A DNA stretch of 64,000 bases from Schmidtea nova (Eukaryota): contig CM097883.1 in the NCBI GenBank assembly GCA_044892505.1, positions 439,890,001-439,954,000 of the forward strand. Direction: 5' to 3'. The translations under genes were made by a program, and so were the position numbers. This document shows positions 1 to 13,200 of the stretch, in pieces. Positions within the stretch are counted from its first letter, which is position 1. Each line of letters opens with the position of its first letter. The notes under the pieces are model-generated. The model was not told the DNA's origin, did no database searches, and saw only the letters and a list, made by a program, of their open reading frames with translations.

Positions 1-412
1 AGGAAATAATTAAAAATTAATTTATTTAATTAATCATTAATCATTTACTTAAGTTATCATAACAACATTAAAATAATAAAGTGCTTAAGATAGAAAAGTT
101 TAAACAAATAAAATCCTTTGCGCTTTATTTAATAGGTATCATTTGGTTATTAAATGAGAATACCCGTTGATGGTGAAGGTTTGTAATAGAAATTTTGAAA
201 AGTTCTTTTTTTCATTATTTTTATTTATTGTTAATAAAATCTTCATATTTCTTTTTTAATGAACTTTTTCTAATTAGAATAAACCTCTAGAAATCTTTAC
301 CCAGTCAAAATTATTATTCTCTTAGTACATAAAGTACATTGAAATGAAAAATTATTTTTACTCAGTATATATAACAATATTTTAGCGAAAAAGCCCAAAA
401 TAATATTTTTAC

Positions 413-641
413 CAATATTGGTTGCCTAAGACATTCGACTATATCCAGAGATACGTTGACGTTCCATTCCTCAATATAACTAACTTCGGCACTGGAAGAA
501 ACAAGATTATAAAAACTTCTCCTATGATTTCACTTACTTTGAGCAGATCTCCAACACTTCGTCAATCGATCGCTTTAACATCCAGCCAGCTTCTCCGATC
601 AAAGCGTTAGGAAACAATTTTACGAGTTGACTTAATGGCTT
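413..641 (-). CDS. Two dynein heavy chain exons (538-641 and 413-491)
   Basis: KPLSQLVKLFP...YIEEWNVNVSLDIVECLRQPIL; 46-nt gtaagt...ccag intron with matching phase. Confidence 0.75.
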
Positions 642-1266
642 CTAAAAATGTTTTAAACAATAAAACCTGTTAAAAAATTTTAAATTGAAAAAATAATAAT
701 AAATAATAATAAATAAATAAATAAATAATAAAAAATATAAAAATGTATTTTTAGTTTAATTTTTTTACGTTAGTCGATAAATTATAATATTAGAAAAATA
801 AAATTGAGTAAATTGAGTAAATTTTCGAAAATTATAAAATTATTCTATTATTTATCAAAAAGTTTAAACTTTCATTAAATATTAGTCAAAAAAAGATCGG
901 AAAAATAAAAAATTTATTATTTTTTATTATCATTTTTATAAAACAAATGTCTCCGTGTTCTTTCACTGGAATCAATATTTCACCCTATGTCAGAATTATT
1001 GAAAAATAGTTTAAAATTTTATTAAAATATAATATTTTGATGACATCGATGCATCAGACATGCAGTTAAATAAATATTAAATTTTTTTTTATTTGTTTGA
1101 TTTATTTATGTCTTTATTAACTTCAATATTTCATTAAATATTTTTGTAAATTGAAAATAGTATTATAAAATTTATTGAAATTTCAAAATCTGCTCGTTGT
1201 TAAACAGAATAATTAAACAACTCTTTTTTTGACGAATTTATGCATTTTCAATGATATTTCTGAATT

Positions 1267-1299
<33 letters not shown>

Positions 1300-4200
1300 T
1301 TCAGTTAAAATATCAACTTAGTCAATGTATACACCTACTAGTGAAGGAGTAATACCAGATATGGATACCCTAAGTTCTTTTTCTATATTTAGCTGGGATC
1401 TGTATTTTGTTTTCAACGAAGCCACCGCAGAAAATCCGGTTTCGCAAAGATAAGATGTTGAAAATGGTAAAAGTATTTGGAAAGCTCTTCGTTTTAATGT
1501 CGCAAACTCGTCATCCAAACCAGCCCAAAATTCAAAAATCGATTTCTTATTAAATTGTCTTTTAATTTCACTGTTTGTTGTAGAATCAATAAAAGTTTCC
1601 TCTTCAGAAGTCGAGAGACATTGTGGAACATTGTGATATGGGTCCCTAACCCACTCGTAACTTGCTTGGATAGACGTATACGTTACTTTACATTTATAGC
1701 AAACAGTCGCATTTTATCAATAAAATTAAATGTACGAATATCGGACCGTTTTCATTATGACACTATAATTTTCGATAGATCAAAAAGGGGGGGGCTGCGC
1801 GAGAATATTTACGTTGGTAAACTGGGTCGCAATAACAGAAAGGTTGAGAAGCGCTGAGTTAAAGTATACTTTAACTAAAATAATTGGAGAAAGTATACAG
1901 AAATAAATTTATGAATACTTCCACTAGTTAGTGTATACACCTTCTACTGTAGATTAGTTAAAGTATTTCAATGGTTTGTTTATTCTCTTCTGTTTATCTA
2001 TTGTTTATTATCCGAGAAACTATCATTAATAAATTAGTGTTTTTTTCATAATATTTTTCGTAAATTTCGCAAGATTTCTATTTGCAGCAGACACAACTAG
2101 CACAAGTCTTTAAAATTTTGACGTTAGAATCATTCAACTAATACTATCACTAATGCGAATCAGTGGGTGTATACACTCACTATTTAATGAATGCATTGAC
2201 TAGATACATTATGTATCATTTGAAATAATGTATACTTTCACTAAAACAACAAGTGAAAGCATGCATCAACTAGTTAGTGTATACACTCACTGCAATTTAT
2301 ACTTTAACTATAACATATATAAAGAATTCTTACAATTTTAACAATAAATAAATGCAAAATATTTCAACATTAATTTTACTTACGGATATTCTTTCTCTGA
2401 AGCTTCTTAAAGTAACAACCCTGTTGATCAACAATGGGGAATTTTTAATTTTCAATAAATGGTCAAAATTTTCTTTGTTTTCAATAAGATCTCGAATTTC
2501 TTTGATTTCCACTTTAAATTCTTCGACTATTTTCTGAAGTTTCACTGATAATTTTTTCTAATGTGTACAAATTAATTTTGAAGTTAGATTTTAAATGGGC
2601 TGGAGTACTTGAACAATGTCTCGACCACTGATACCTTCAAATACTTCGATCAAATGTAATTTCGATTCTACAGTGGGACAAATGTCGAGACTGTTGTCAA
2701 TAATATTCCCCAGAACTTCTTCTAAGTTCTATAATAAAAATTATTGAATAAAATTATATTTATAAATTTATCTCGTGAGAGGAATTAATTAAAATAATAA
2801 AATAATAATTTTTTTGTAGAATATTATTTTAGTATTGGTTCCATAAATTCGTTTATGATCAGGACCGGCCGAACAAAAACGAGGCCCTATGCAAAATTTT
2901 CTCTCGGGGCCTTGTGTTGTCTTTTTCGAAGTTCATCATAAGAAATAAGACAATATTTGAATTTGTAAATATTTATTTATTTCACATATTAAAACAAAGT
3001 TTTTGTTTAATAATATTATTATTATAAATACCTATGGTATTTATAATAATTATTTAATTGATTTGGCTACATAGCCCTCCACCGAGGTCATGGAGTGACT
3101 TTTAGATTCTTGAAGATGGGCTGCTTTGAGTTTGTCTACCGATACTCGTAAGGTTCTTGTTGGCAATTGAATTTCAAATGTTTTAAAATCTGAGCTTCGG
3201 CTTATTACCTTGTATGGTCCGTCATATACAGGTTTGAGGGCGGTTCTTGATTCGGCTTTGAGCCACACGTGAGTAGATTCCTTCAACTCGCTTGGTAGGA
3301 ATGGTTTCCAATTTTGATTTCTTTTCCTTCTGACTATAACATCGCCAGGTAGTCTTCCATCAGTTCCAAAAACACTTTGACTTGGTGATACATTTGTTTC
3401 TTCAGAGACGACGTTGCGAAGTCCAAGTAGAATTGATGGAAGTTCATTTGCCCACCTTCTGGGGGCATCATCTGAGTGTGCCCTTATTGCTGTTTTGAGA
3501 GTTCTATGGAACCTTTCAACTTTACCGTTGCATTGAGGATGATATGGTGTGGTATGTCTGTGATCAGCATTGAATCTTTGACACATCTCTCTGAATGTAG
3601 CCGAGATAAACTGCTTGCCGTTGTCGGTGATAATAATTTCTGGAGCTCCATAGCGGCATATCCACTCGGTCTCCAAGGTTCTTGTTATTATTTCGCTTGT
3701 GATCTCAGAGATCGGGATGGCCTCCGGCCAAGAAGTATGCCTGTCAATAATAGTAAGAATGTATTTCTTGTTGTTTACCTGTGGTAGAGGACCAACAATG
3801 TCCACGTGAATAACTTTGAATTTTCCTAGATTTGGGAGTTTTTTGAGTGCTGACCTGGTGTGCCTGGTTATCTTGTTTTTCTGACATTTCTCACAGTTTT
3901 TGCACCATCTTCGAATTTGTGCCCGCATTCGTGGCCATACGTATTTAGACGATATTAATTTAATCGTCGCGTTTGCTCCCGGGTGGCATATATTGTGGAG
4001 CCGCTTGAATTCAACGAGTTGATGGCTTTCAGGCAGAACTATTCGTTGTGACCCTGTTGACATGTTCACAATCATTCCATCTTCATTCTTTTGAGTTTCG
4101 AACGAGGGAAAAGCTTCCAACATTTTTAAGAATGATGGCTCTCTCTGTTGTTGGATGATTTCAGTTTTTGTAATCTGTAGTGAGTGAATATTTGTTTCTT

Positions 4201-7200
4201 CATTGACATTGTCACTGGTGCCCATTTGCCTGGATAGGAAATCTGCAACCAAATTATCTTTGCCCCGTATGTGGTGGATCTTTACATCGAATTCACTTAT
4301 GAACTGGATCCATCGCCATTGTCTATTTGATGGCTCTTTCATTGTGTTTAGGTAAATCAGTGGTTTATGGTCGGTAAGCAATTCAAAGCTGTTGCCCTCG
4401 AGGTGGTGCTTGAAGTTTTTGATGGCCAGGTAAACTGCTAGCAGCTCTCTGTCAAATGTTGAATACTTGCGTTCCGTATTGTTGAGTTTTCTTGAAAAGA
4501 AACTGATGGGTGTGAGTTTACCATCGCAATTTCTGTGATTGAGACTTGCTCCGATGCCGATATCTGACGCGTCCGTGCATAAAATGAAAGTTTGCTTTGA
4601 ATTTGGGGGTGTCAACTCAACAATTTCTTGTAGTTTCTTTTTTGCCGCCTCGAAGGAGAGTGTATGTTGTTCCGTCCACAAAAACTTGCGTTTGTCTTTG
4701 ATGCTAACTGAAACTAGATCATGTAGTGGTGCCATTACTTCTGCCAGGTTTGGAGTTAGCCAGTGATAAAACGTTACTGCTCCTATGAATCTTCGGAGTG
4801 ATTTTGGGTCATTCGGGCGTGGACATAATGAAATTGCTTGAATCTTGTCTGATTGTGGTGATATTCCTGAACCTGAAATGTTAAATCCAAGGAATTTTAC
4901 TTCTGTTTGAGTGGTGCAGCACTTATTCTCATTGATGGACAAATTTGCGTCTTCCACGACTTTCCGAATGATTGATAAGTGATTAAGATGTTCTTCTCTA
5001 GACTTGGAGAAGATGATGATATCATCTATGTATGCTCTGGCAAATTCTCTGTACGGGCGTAGAAGTTTGTCCATGAATCGTTGAAAGGTTTGCGATGCAT
5101 TTTTTAATCCAAATGGCATTTTTAGATATTCATATAACCCAAATGGCGTGATTATAGCCGTTTTTGGTATGTCATTTACTGAGATGGGGATTTGATGGTA
5201 CGCTTTCTCTAAGTCGATGGTTGAGAATATTCGACTTCCTCCCAGTTGATGGAGCATATCGGTTATCCTGGGTAATGGGTATCTGTCTGACTTTGTTGCT
5301 GCATTCAAAAGTCTGTAATCTCCACAGGGTCGAATCGATCCGTCCTTCTTTTTTACGATGACCAATGGGGATGCCCAATTGCTCTTACTTTCTCGCATAA
5401 TGCCTTTTGCAATTAACTCATTGAATTCCTTTTCCACCACGTCTAAGTACTTCCCGCTTAGGCGTCTAGCTGATTGTGCAATCGGTGGGCATGCTGTCTC
5501 TATCTCCAATGCGTGCTCAAGAAGAATTGAGTTGATTTCGTCAGGATCAGTTGTTGCTCTGGCTTTTTTCGTATTTTCGGCGATGTAAATCTTAGCATTT
5601 CTGCAGTCAATTACAAATTTATGTTTGGCTAGAAAATCTGCTCCTAGAATCGGGCGGGTTACATCTGCCACCACAAAGCTCCATTTAAAGTTTTGCTCTA
5701 TGCCTGCAATCCTGAAATGTAGCACCTTTGAACCATACGTTTTGATGCTGCAGTTGTTGGCTGAAACAAGTTTAATAGGCCCGTCTCTAAGATCAGGTGT
5801 AAATGCATCTGCTGGGATGACGCTGACATCCGCTCCAGAATCCACGAGGAAATTGTGTGTTTTGTTGCTCTGGAGAACTGGCACAGTGAATATGGCTTGG
5901 ATTTTTGTCGACTGCTGAGAGTTGTCCAGGATCTCTGTCGTCGACATCAAAGAGATCCTTGACCTTTTCCCGAATATGACTTATTCCAGTGACATGGCTG
6001 TTCGCATTTTCGGGCATCCTTTCCAAATCTTCTGTGGAAATAGCATATTGGGTTTTCTGTTGACAGCTTATTGTATTGATTCAATTTGCTATTTGATTTT
6101 ATGGCGTTGATTTGATTTTGGAGATTTTCTATTTGTTGTTGATATTGGCTTTCGGTTGGTGGTAGATTTTCCACCTGAGATATAACATGATGTTCGATAC
6201 TCATGTGCACGTTTGCGATGTTTGCCAGTTCATCAATGTCTGCTTCTTTTGACACTAGCAAGTGTTGTATGTGAATTGGCATGCAATTTATAAATTGAAA
6301 TCTCAGGATCTGGCTTGTTTGTGGGTTTCCATTCGGTTCCATTAATTTGTAATTTCGCTTGAGTTCCCTGAGCAGCTGACTTGGTTTTCGATCACCAAGC
6401 TCTTGTTTCTGGAGTAATTTGTTAGCAGCCTCAGTTATCGATCCTTTTGACTCCCCGATGATTGCGTCTTTTAACGTCGAATACGGCAGTTTGATGTGTG
6501 GGTCCAATAGATCCGAATATTCTTCGAGGATTCGTGGTGGTAAACTGGTTAGCAAATGAAAATATTTTGACTTTTCATTTTTTATTGACGCAAGCTCGAG
6601 TGCAGCGTCAACCTGCTGGAACCACGCTACCACGTTGTCAAAGAAAATCGGCATCTTCATATGCATGTGACTACTTTCATGAGCCACGCTTCTGACACCA
6701 ATGTTGTCTTTTTCGAAGTTCATCATAAGAAATAAGACAATATTTGAATTTGTAAATATTTATTTATTTCACATATTAAAACAAAGTTTTTGTTTAATAA
6801 TATTATTATTATAAATACCTATGGTATTTATAATAATTATTTAATTGATTTGGCTACACCTTGAAAGTAATTTCATAAAAGAAATAATAATTTATTGCAA
6901 TTTGTTATTTATTACATTCAGAATAGTAAGGAAGACATTTAAATTAATAAAAATAAAATTAACATTTCAAACAAAAAACTTGATAATTATGACACATTGC
7001 TATTTATTTATTGCTATTTATTTAATGATTGTTTACATAGAAATATTTATATTATTTTATCAATTGTACTTAGATGGATTTAAAATTTTCGCACATGTTT
7101 TATTAGAAATTCAGTTTTAGTTTTACTATATAAATATATTAATATTACACTAGAAAAACTTTTTATTAATATAATTAATTATATGTTTTAAATTATTATA

Positions 7201-10200
7201 AAGTTATTTATGGTAAATTTTTTCAAAAACAAAAAATAAAAATAATTTATTATTAACATTTTATTTTAAAACTTGAACGACGCGGGGCATTGGAAGCGCG
7301 GGATCCTGTGCAGTCGACCTGTTTATGATAATTGGTTTGCTGTTATCATATCAAATGCGTTTTTGATCTATTAGACCAAGGGTTTGTAGAGTTTATGTGC
7401 CCTAAGGCATATTTCATTATATCGTTCGGTAACGGGTATCATAAATTTTTGTTGGACATAATTACTAATACACAATATTACTGACAACATTACATAACCG
7501 GCTCGTAATGTGTACTATTATTTTTATCTGTCTGTACACTATTGTGCATTTAAAATGTTTGCGTTTAGATTCTAATCTCATAAATCACTGTGTATGCGTG
7601 TATGTTTAAAATAAATTCATTAAAATGAGATTACTGCCAATCCTTATTTTTATGAAATGTAAAAAAATTCCATTCCGTCTTTGTGACACTTATCGAAAAT
7701 TTACTGTATAATAATATTAACTGTATAATAATTACTGTATAATTATTATTAATTATTATACAGTAATAATAATAATAATAATAACGAAAATTATTATTAT
7801 TATAATTATAATAATAATGCGTCTAACATATTCTATAAAAAACAAAATGTTACTGGCGTTTTAAAAATATAATTATAAAAAAAATTTTAACTCATTTTTC
7901 ATGCATCATACAACATTAGTCATTAAACATAATAACTATATGAAATAGTAAAATTTATATAGTATCAAACGCAATCAAGAAAATGCATATCATTGGCATT
8001 CCAAAAAATATTTTTGTTTTTATAAAATTAAACAAATTCAAAAAAATTAGAAATTTTCTTGATATGTTATGGTAATTGAAGCTTTAACGCCTTATCTTAA
8101 AGCTGATGATATTGGAATATATCGTTAATCTAATCCTCAAATGCACTGTGATGTCTTTTGACAACATAGACAATTTTATTCAATTAAAGTACGTGAAGTA
8201 AATTTTCAGTTGGTGCGCAGTTTTCTCGATTGACTACATACTGTATACAATTTATAAAACCTCAAAATATATATAAATGGCGTGAGTCATGCATTTAAGA
8301 GTTAAGGATTCAATATCAAAGACTTATAATTATTGAAAATTTTCATCTATGATTGAGTATAGAAAATGTTGAAGAAAATTTATTTAATGTAACTTATAAA
8401 GAAATTATAGTTCTGATGACTTTTTATTACTAAAGCGCACCAAATAGTATAACTAATAGCTGAAACTGGGATACTATTTTTATATTATCAATGATGCCAT
8501 TTGACAATATCCGCTTTTATCAGAAATTTTATTTTAAATTAAATTTAAATATTTTAATTTTTGTTTAAAATTTTTTTAATTAATATTTTTTTAAATGTAA
8601 AAAAATACGATTAGCATATTTTTGATGGTATAAAAGGATCTTCACATAGCAATGGCGTCTAACCCAATAAGGAGTAACTTAAATATAGAAATTAAAAGAT
8701 ATAAAATTACGGGAATTAAAATACAAAAAGAAGAGAAAAATATATAAAATACTTTCATGTTTATTTTATATACGTCTTTATAATGTTCGGGTTTATTAAA
8801 AAGGTAATGNNNNNNNNNNNNNNNNNNNNNNNNNNNNNNNNNNNNNNNNNNNNNNNNNNNNNNNNNNNNNNNNNNNNNNNNNNNNNNNNNNNNNNNNNNN
8901 NNNNNNNNNNNNNNNNNNNNNNNNNNNNNNNNNNNNNNNNNNNNNNNNNNNNNNNNNNNNNNNNNNNNNNNNNNNNNNNNNNNNNNNNNNNNNNNNNNNN
9001 NNNNNNNNNNNNNNNNNNNNNNNNNNNNNNNNNNNNNNNNNNNNNNNNNNNNNNNNNNNNNNNNNNNNNNNNNNNNNNNNNNNNNNNNNNNNCCCCACTG
9101 CTATGGAGATACTGGAATGTTGATAAATTGTCTTGATTGCTTTAACATTTTCCAGTAAAATCATAACTCAACAACATAAAATAGGGAAATGTGATACCTG
9201 TACATCCTTATTAAAACACTGGAAATTTATTCAAAAGATAAAAATAAATAATATAGACATAAAGAATAAATGAAACAAATTTTAAATGTTGAAATAAAAC
9301 TTTTTTCAATTACAAAAAAATTATTTTAAAATCTTACTTTAACAATGCTGCGAAATTCGAAAAATGCTCTTTCGAATATGGCAGAATTTTTCAAGTCAAG
9401 AATATCGGAAACTTTTTGGTAGAAATGCTTGGTAGCCATTTGAAACCGATTGTCGATTTCTGCAACCATTGAATTGAGTGTTCTTGTGGAAGCACCTCCG
9501 ATTTTCGCTACATCGGAGAGAGATCGAAAATGTTCCGAAGATTGCAACAATTCCACACAATCATTACATCTATTTAAATTTTAATTAATAATATTATTAT
9601 TATAGTAAATTTTCAATAAGTGTCACACTCAATAGCTATTTAGCTGGGTAAATAAAACCCTCAAAAAATGAATAAAAACTGATTCATTAAAGTTCGATAA
9701 CTGTCTTTTTTCATGTCACACTCAATAGCTATTTAGCTGGGTAAATAAAACCCTCAAAAAATGAAAAAAAACTGATTCATTAAAGTCGATAACTGTCTTT
9801 TTTCATGGACTGTTTTTTAAACCATTTTGATCCATCCTTTGTGATACTTATTAAAATTCTACTGCATTATTAGTATTATNNNNNNNNNNNNNNNNNNNNN
9901 NNNNNNNNNNNNNNNNNNNNNNNNNNNNNNNNNNNNNNNNNNNNNNNNNNNNNNNNNNNNNNNNNNNNNNNNNNNNNNNNNNNNNNNNNNNNNNNNNNNN
10001 NNNNNNNNNNNNNNNNNNNNNNNNNNNNNNNNNNNNNNNNNNNNNNNNNNNNNNNNNNNNNNNNNNNNNNNNNNNNNNNNNNNNNNNNNNNNNNNNNNNN
10101 NNNNNNNNNNNNNNNNNNNNNNNNNNNNNNNNNNNNNNNNNNNNCGATTGATTTTCTGATTCCTCGCATAGCGCTCAGTGTCAGCTGTCATCTCTGGAAT

Positions 10201-13200
10201 GTCTCCTCTCAGTGGCTATGAATCGTTTCCTCTCGATTTTATAAAATCCTTCGAGGCCGCGACGAGAATCCAGAAAGCTTTTGACTCACGATTGATATCT
10301 TTTTGACGAGGATCCTCTAAAAGTGTCCTGACGCTGATTAGAAGCTCCGAAAGAAAAACAGTCCTTGGAATTGACTTTATTGCCTCTCCAAAACTCTCTA
10401 AGAATCGTGACAGAGACAAGTCCTCTTTCGAGGGGCATAATTTTAGATAATCCTTGCGTCTTTTACTGATTATTTTCCTCGGATATGGTCTGTCTTTATA
10501 CGAATTTGGCCATTTGTCGAACTGAGATTGGAAAAAAGTGATTAAATTGTCTTTTCGATTTACGAGTTTTATTAGTATCATTTCCCTCAGATCCATCTTC
10601 TATATCATCAAGAATGAGTCTGGGATTGGACAAATGCCCGTTCGAAAATCATAACAAAGTTTACAAATTGGAGAATTTTGGAGTTTTTCTGTAAGAGGTG
10701 TTCGACCAACATTCAATTCGCACCAATAATCACTGTCAGATATCGGTGAATTAAATTGTAGCTTTTCTACAATTACTGAAGATCGCACTATATCAGAAAT
10801 GATTGGATCTCGCGAAGACAACACATTAATTAAATCATCCATAAGAGAGCTCTCAATTTTATTGACCACATTTCGTAACAACTCCTTATCAATAAAATCT
10901 TCGTCTTCGGCTAATTCTTCATTAATCATTTTAAATCAAATGAAATTAAATCTAAAATTCATTGATTTATTAATTCATCAAAATTACAAAATTATTTTCA
11001 TCCCAAAAGCACAGAGAAAACCGAACAAAAACTGTGACAAAACCCAATCTCAAAAATTCCTTTAAATTCTACTTAAAATTCACTCAGCAATTTTTAAATC
11101 CCCACCCTAAAAATTCATTAAAACTTACACAGTAAAACAAATCAATAGTTTTAATAAACCATTCCGAAAATTCGATAATTTCCAAATTTTATTATCATTT
11201 TTAAGCGAATTCAGCCACTCGCGTCTGTGTGCGCACACCAACACTAGACCTCATACCTCACTGTCGCGCACACAGACGCGTTGGAATCTGCCTGCTAGAT
11301 GATGGTGGAGGGAAATCTGACTAGTATGTCGAATAATTGGAATGTGTCGCAGCTGATGCAGGGCAGAGTTGGTGTGATTGATCCGACTGCTAGTGTCCAA
11401 ACCAGGCGGATAGAGATGAGATGCGTCTTGAATGCCCGGTATAGAATGGTCCTGGGGTATGAGGAATTACCCCTCGGCAGACAAGCTCTCCAAGTTTTAT
11501 ATAGTTTTCGATAAGACCGTCTAACGGCTTCCAGGCTCGCTCCACAATCTCTCACAGCAATCAAGCCCCGCCTTTTACTATTTTATTTTTATTTAATTAA
11601 TTTTTAAATATTTTAATAAGCGGGCGCGACCAATTATTATTATTATTATTATTTATTATTATTATCATCATTATCATTATAATTATCATTATTATTTTTA
11701 ATTATTTTTTTTAATTAGAATATACCTTTGAATGAAACGATTGAGACTATCAAAGCAAGGAGAATTTCTTGCTGGCCATTTACTTATTAGGCAAATTTCA
11801 TCAATTATATCATCCTCCGGATCGTTGGCGTTGGCATCAGATTTCAACCGATATGGAGATTTGAATGAATGTGGACCATAGACTTTTGTCCGCCACATTT
11901 CTCCCTTATTGGCATGGCGACTATAAATATAATGAAATTGAAATAAAACATAGAAAGAAATTTTTTTTATTGAATCAAGCGATAAAAGTGAATGCCAAGA
12001 AATTTCAAGTGGTGATAACGAAGCGATTTAAGTACATATTTTTAATAATAAAATACTTCATTAAAAGGTTTTATTAATATTGTGACATATATGTGAAGAA
12101 TAAATATCTAAAGATACTGTACCTTTTACATATTTAATTCTATCATTAATATATTATATCTTCTCCGTTTGATCTTTTATTTACGATTTCGTTTATCTTA
12201 ATTCTTTCATAGACCAAAATATGTGCTAAATATGAAACATTACTGATTTTAAGTCTGAAAGAATGAAGAAGAACGTAATTTTTAATTTTGATGCATCAAA
12301 ATGTTAGTTATTTATTAGTAAGAAATTCATTTATGTTCATCTGTTTTCAGACCATAGACCAGTGGTTCTCATCCTTTTTATGATGACGGCATCATAACGA
12401 AAATTTTTAACATTTAGGGCACCCCTCCATTTTTATTTTAAATTTCAGCTATGAAAATAACAACAGGTTTTGTATGTTCAATATTTTATTAAAAAGATTT
12501 TAAAAAATCTCTTTATAACGATAAAAAATGTAAAATTTTGCATATCTTCTTAATGTTAGGTCGCGTATTTGACCAATATACTCGTAACTCATTCTCAATT
12601 GAGATCAGTTTTTGTCTTTTCTTGTTCTTAATATTTACCAGTGTAGGAAATCCTGACTCGTGTAAATAGGATGTTGAAAATTGTAACAAAATTTTAATTT
12701 CCTTTTCATTGATATTTGGATATTTATTTATATTTATATATACACCCCGACCTACCAAAAGTCTCCAGTCAGGCAATTATTTACATATTGCAGTTTGTAA
12801 TGAAGGTCTGGAGTGTAAATATGAACAGCAATGGGAACAAATGTCACCAACACCTTCAACATGCTGTATGCGCACATATACACACGCATGCACTCACATA
12901 CAGAATATGACTACTCACACTAGACACACAACAGTGATAACATTGAGTCATGTTAATGAAGGATTGTCATTTTCTTAGAATATGGCTACTCGGAGATAGC
13001 TTACAGACTTTCAGAAAGGCATTATTTACGGATGTTACTTTTGTGGAAAAAGTCCGAGTCAAACTGTTGCATTGACTGGACATCCCAAAGGAACTATTAA
13101 CTACTTCATGAGGAAGTACCGCCAGGAGCAGACACATGTCAACAAGCAACGTTCAGGCCGCTCTAAACTTTTGAGCATCCGTACACAATGGCAGCTGAAG

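Larger units (their letters stand above)
2915..6858 (-). mobile_element. Full-length Ty3/gypsy LTR retrotransposon, CsRn1-like (3944 bp)
   Basis: Identical 157-bp TG...CA LTRs (2915-3071, 6702-6858); 5-bp TSD CCTTG; PBS TGGTGTCAGAAG (6689-6700); PPT GGTGGAGGGCTA; intact gag and pol. Confidence 0.96.
2860..7321. mobile_element. Non-autonomous hAT-type element (~0.5 kb), split by the gypsy insertion
   Basis: 8-bp duplication TTTATGAT at 2852-2859 and 7322-7329; imperfect CAGG...CCTG termini. Confidence 0.6.

Noticed and set aside
3476-6695. Plus-strand ORFs overlapping gypsy gag/pol
   Set aside because: Antisense shadows of a GC-richer coding region; no recognisable motifs.
8783-9164. ORF-track entries spanning N runs (also 9859-10191, 13948-14274, 19758-20184, 39334-39887, 58706-59564)
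   Set aside because: They are open only because N codons are not stops; assembly gaps, not genes.
9620-9806. CRISPR-like or other regularly spaced repeats
   Set aside because: Only a two-copy tandem duplication without spacers; no CRISPR array, tRNA or rRNA gene was seen anywhere in this eukaryotic window.
11430-11491. HDV-like ribozyme at the SL junction (TCCTC loop in GGGGTA/TACCCC hairpin)
   Set aside because: P3, P1 and P2 pairings required by the HDV fold could not be formed.
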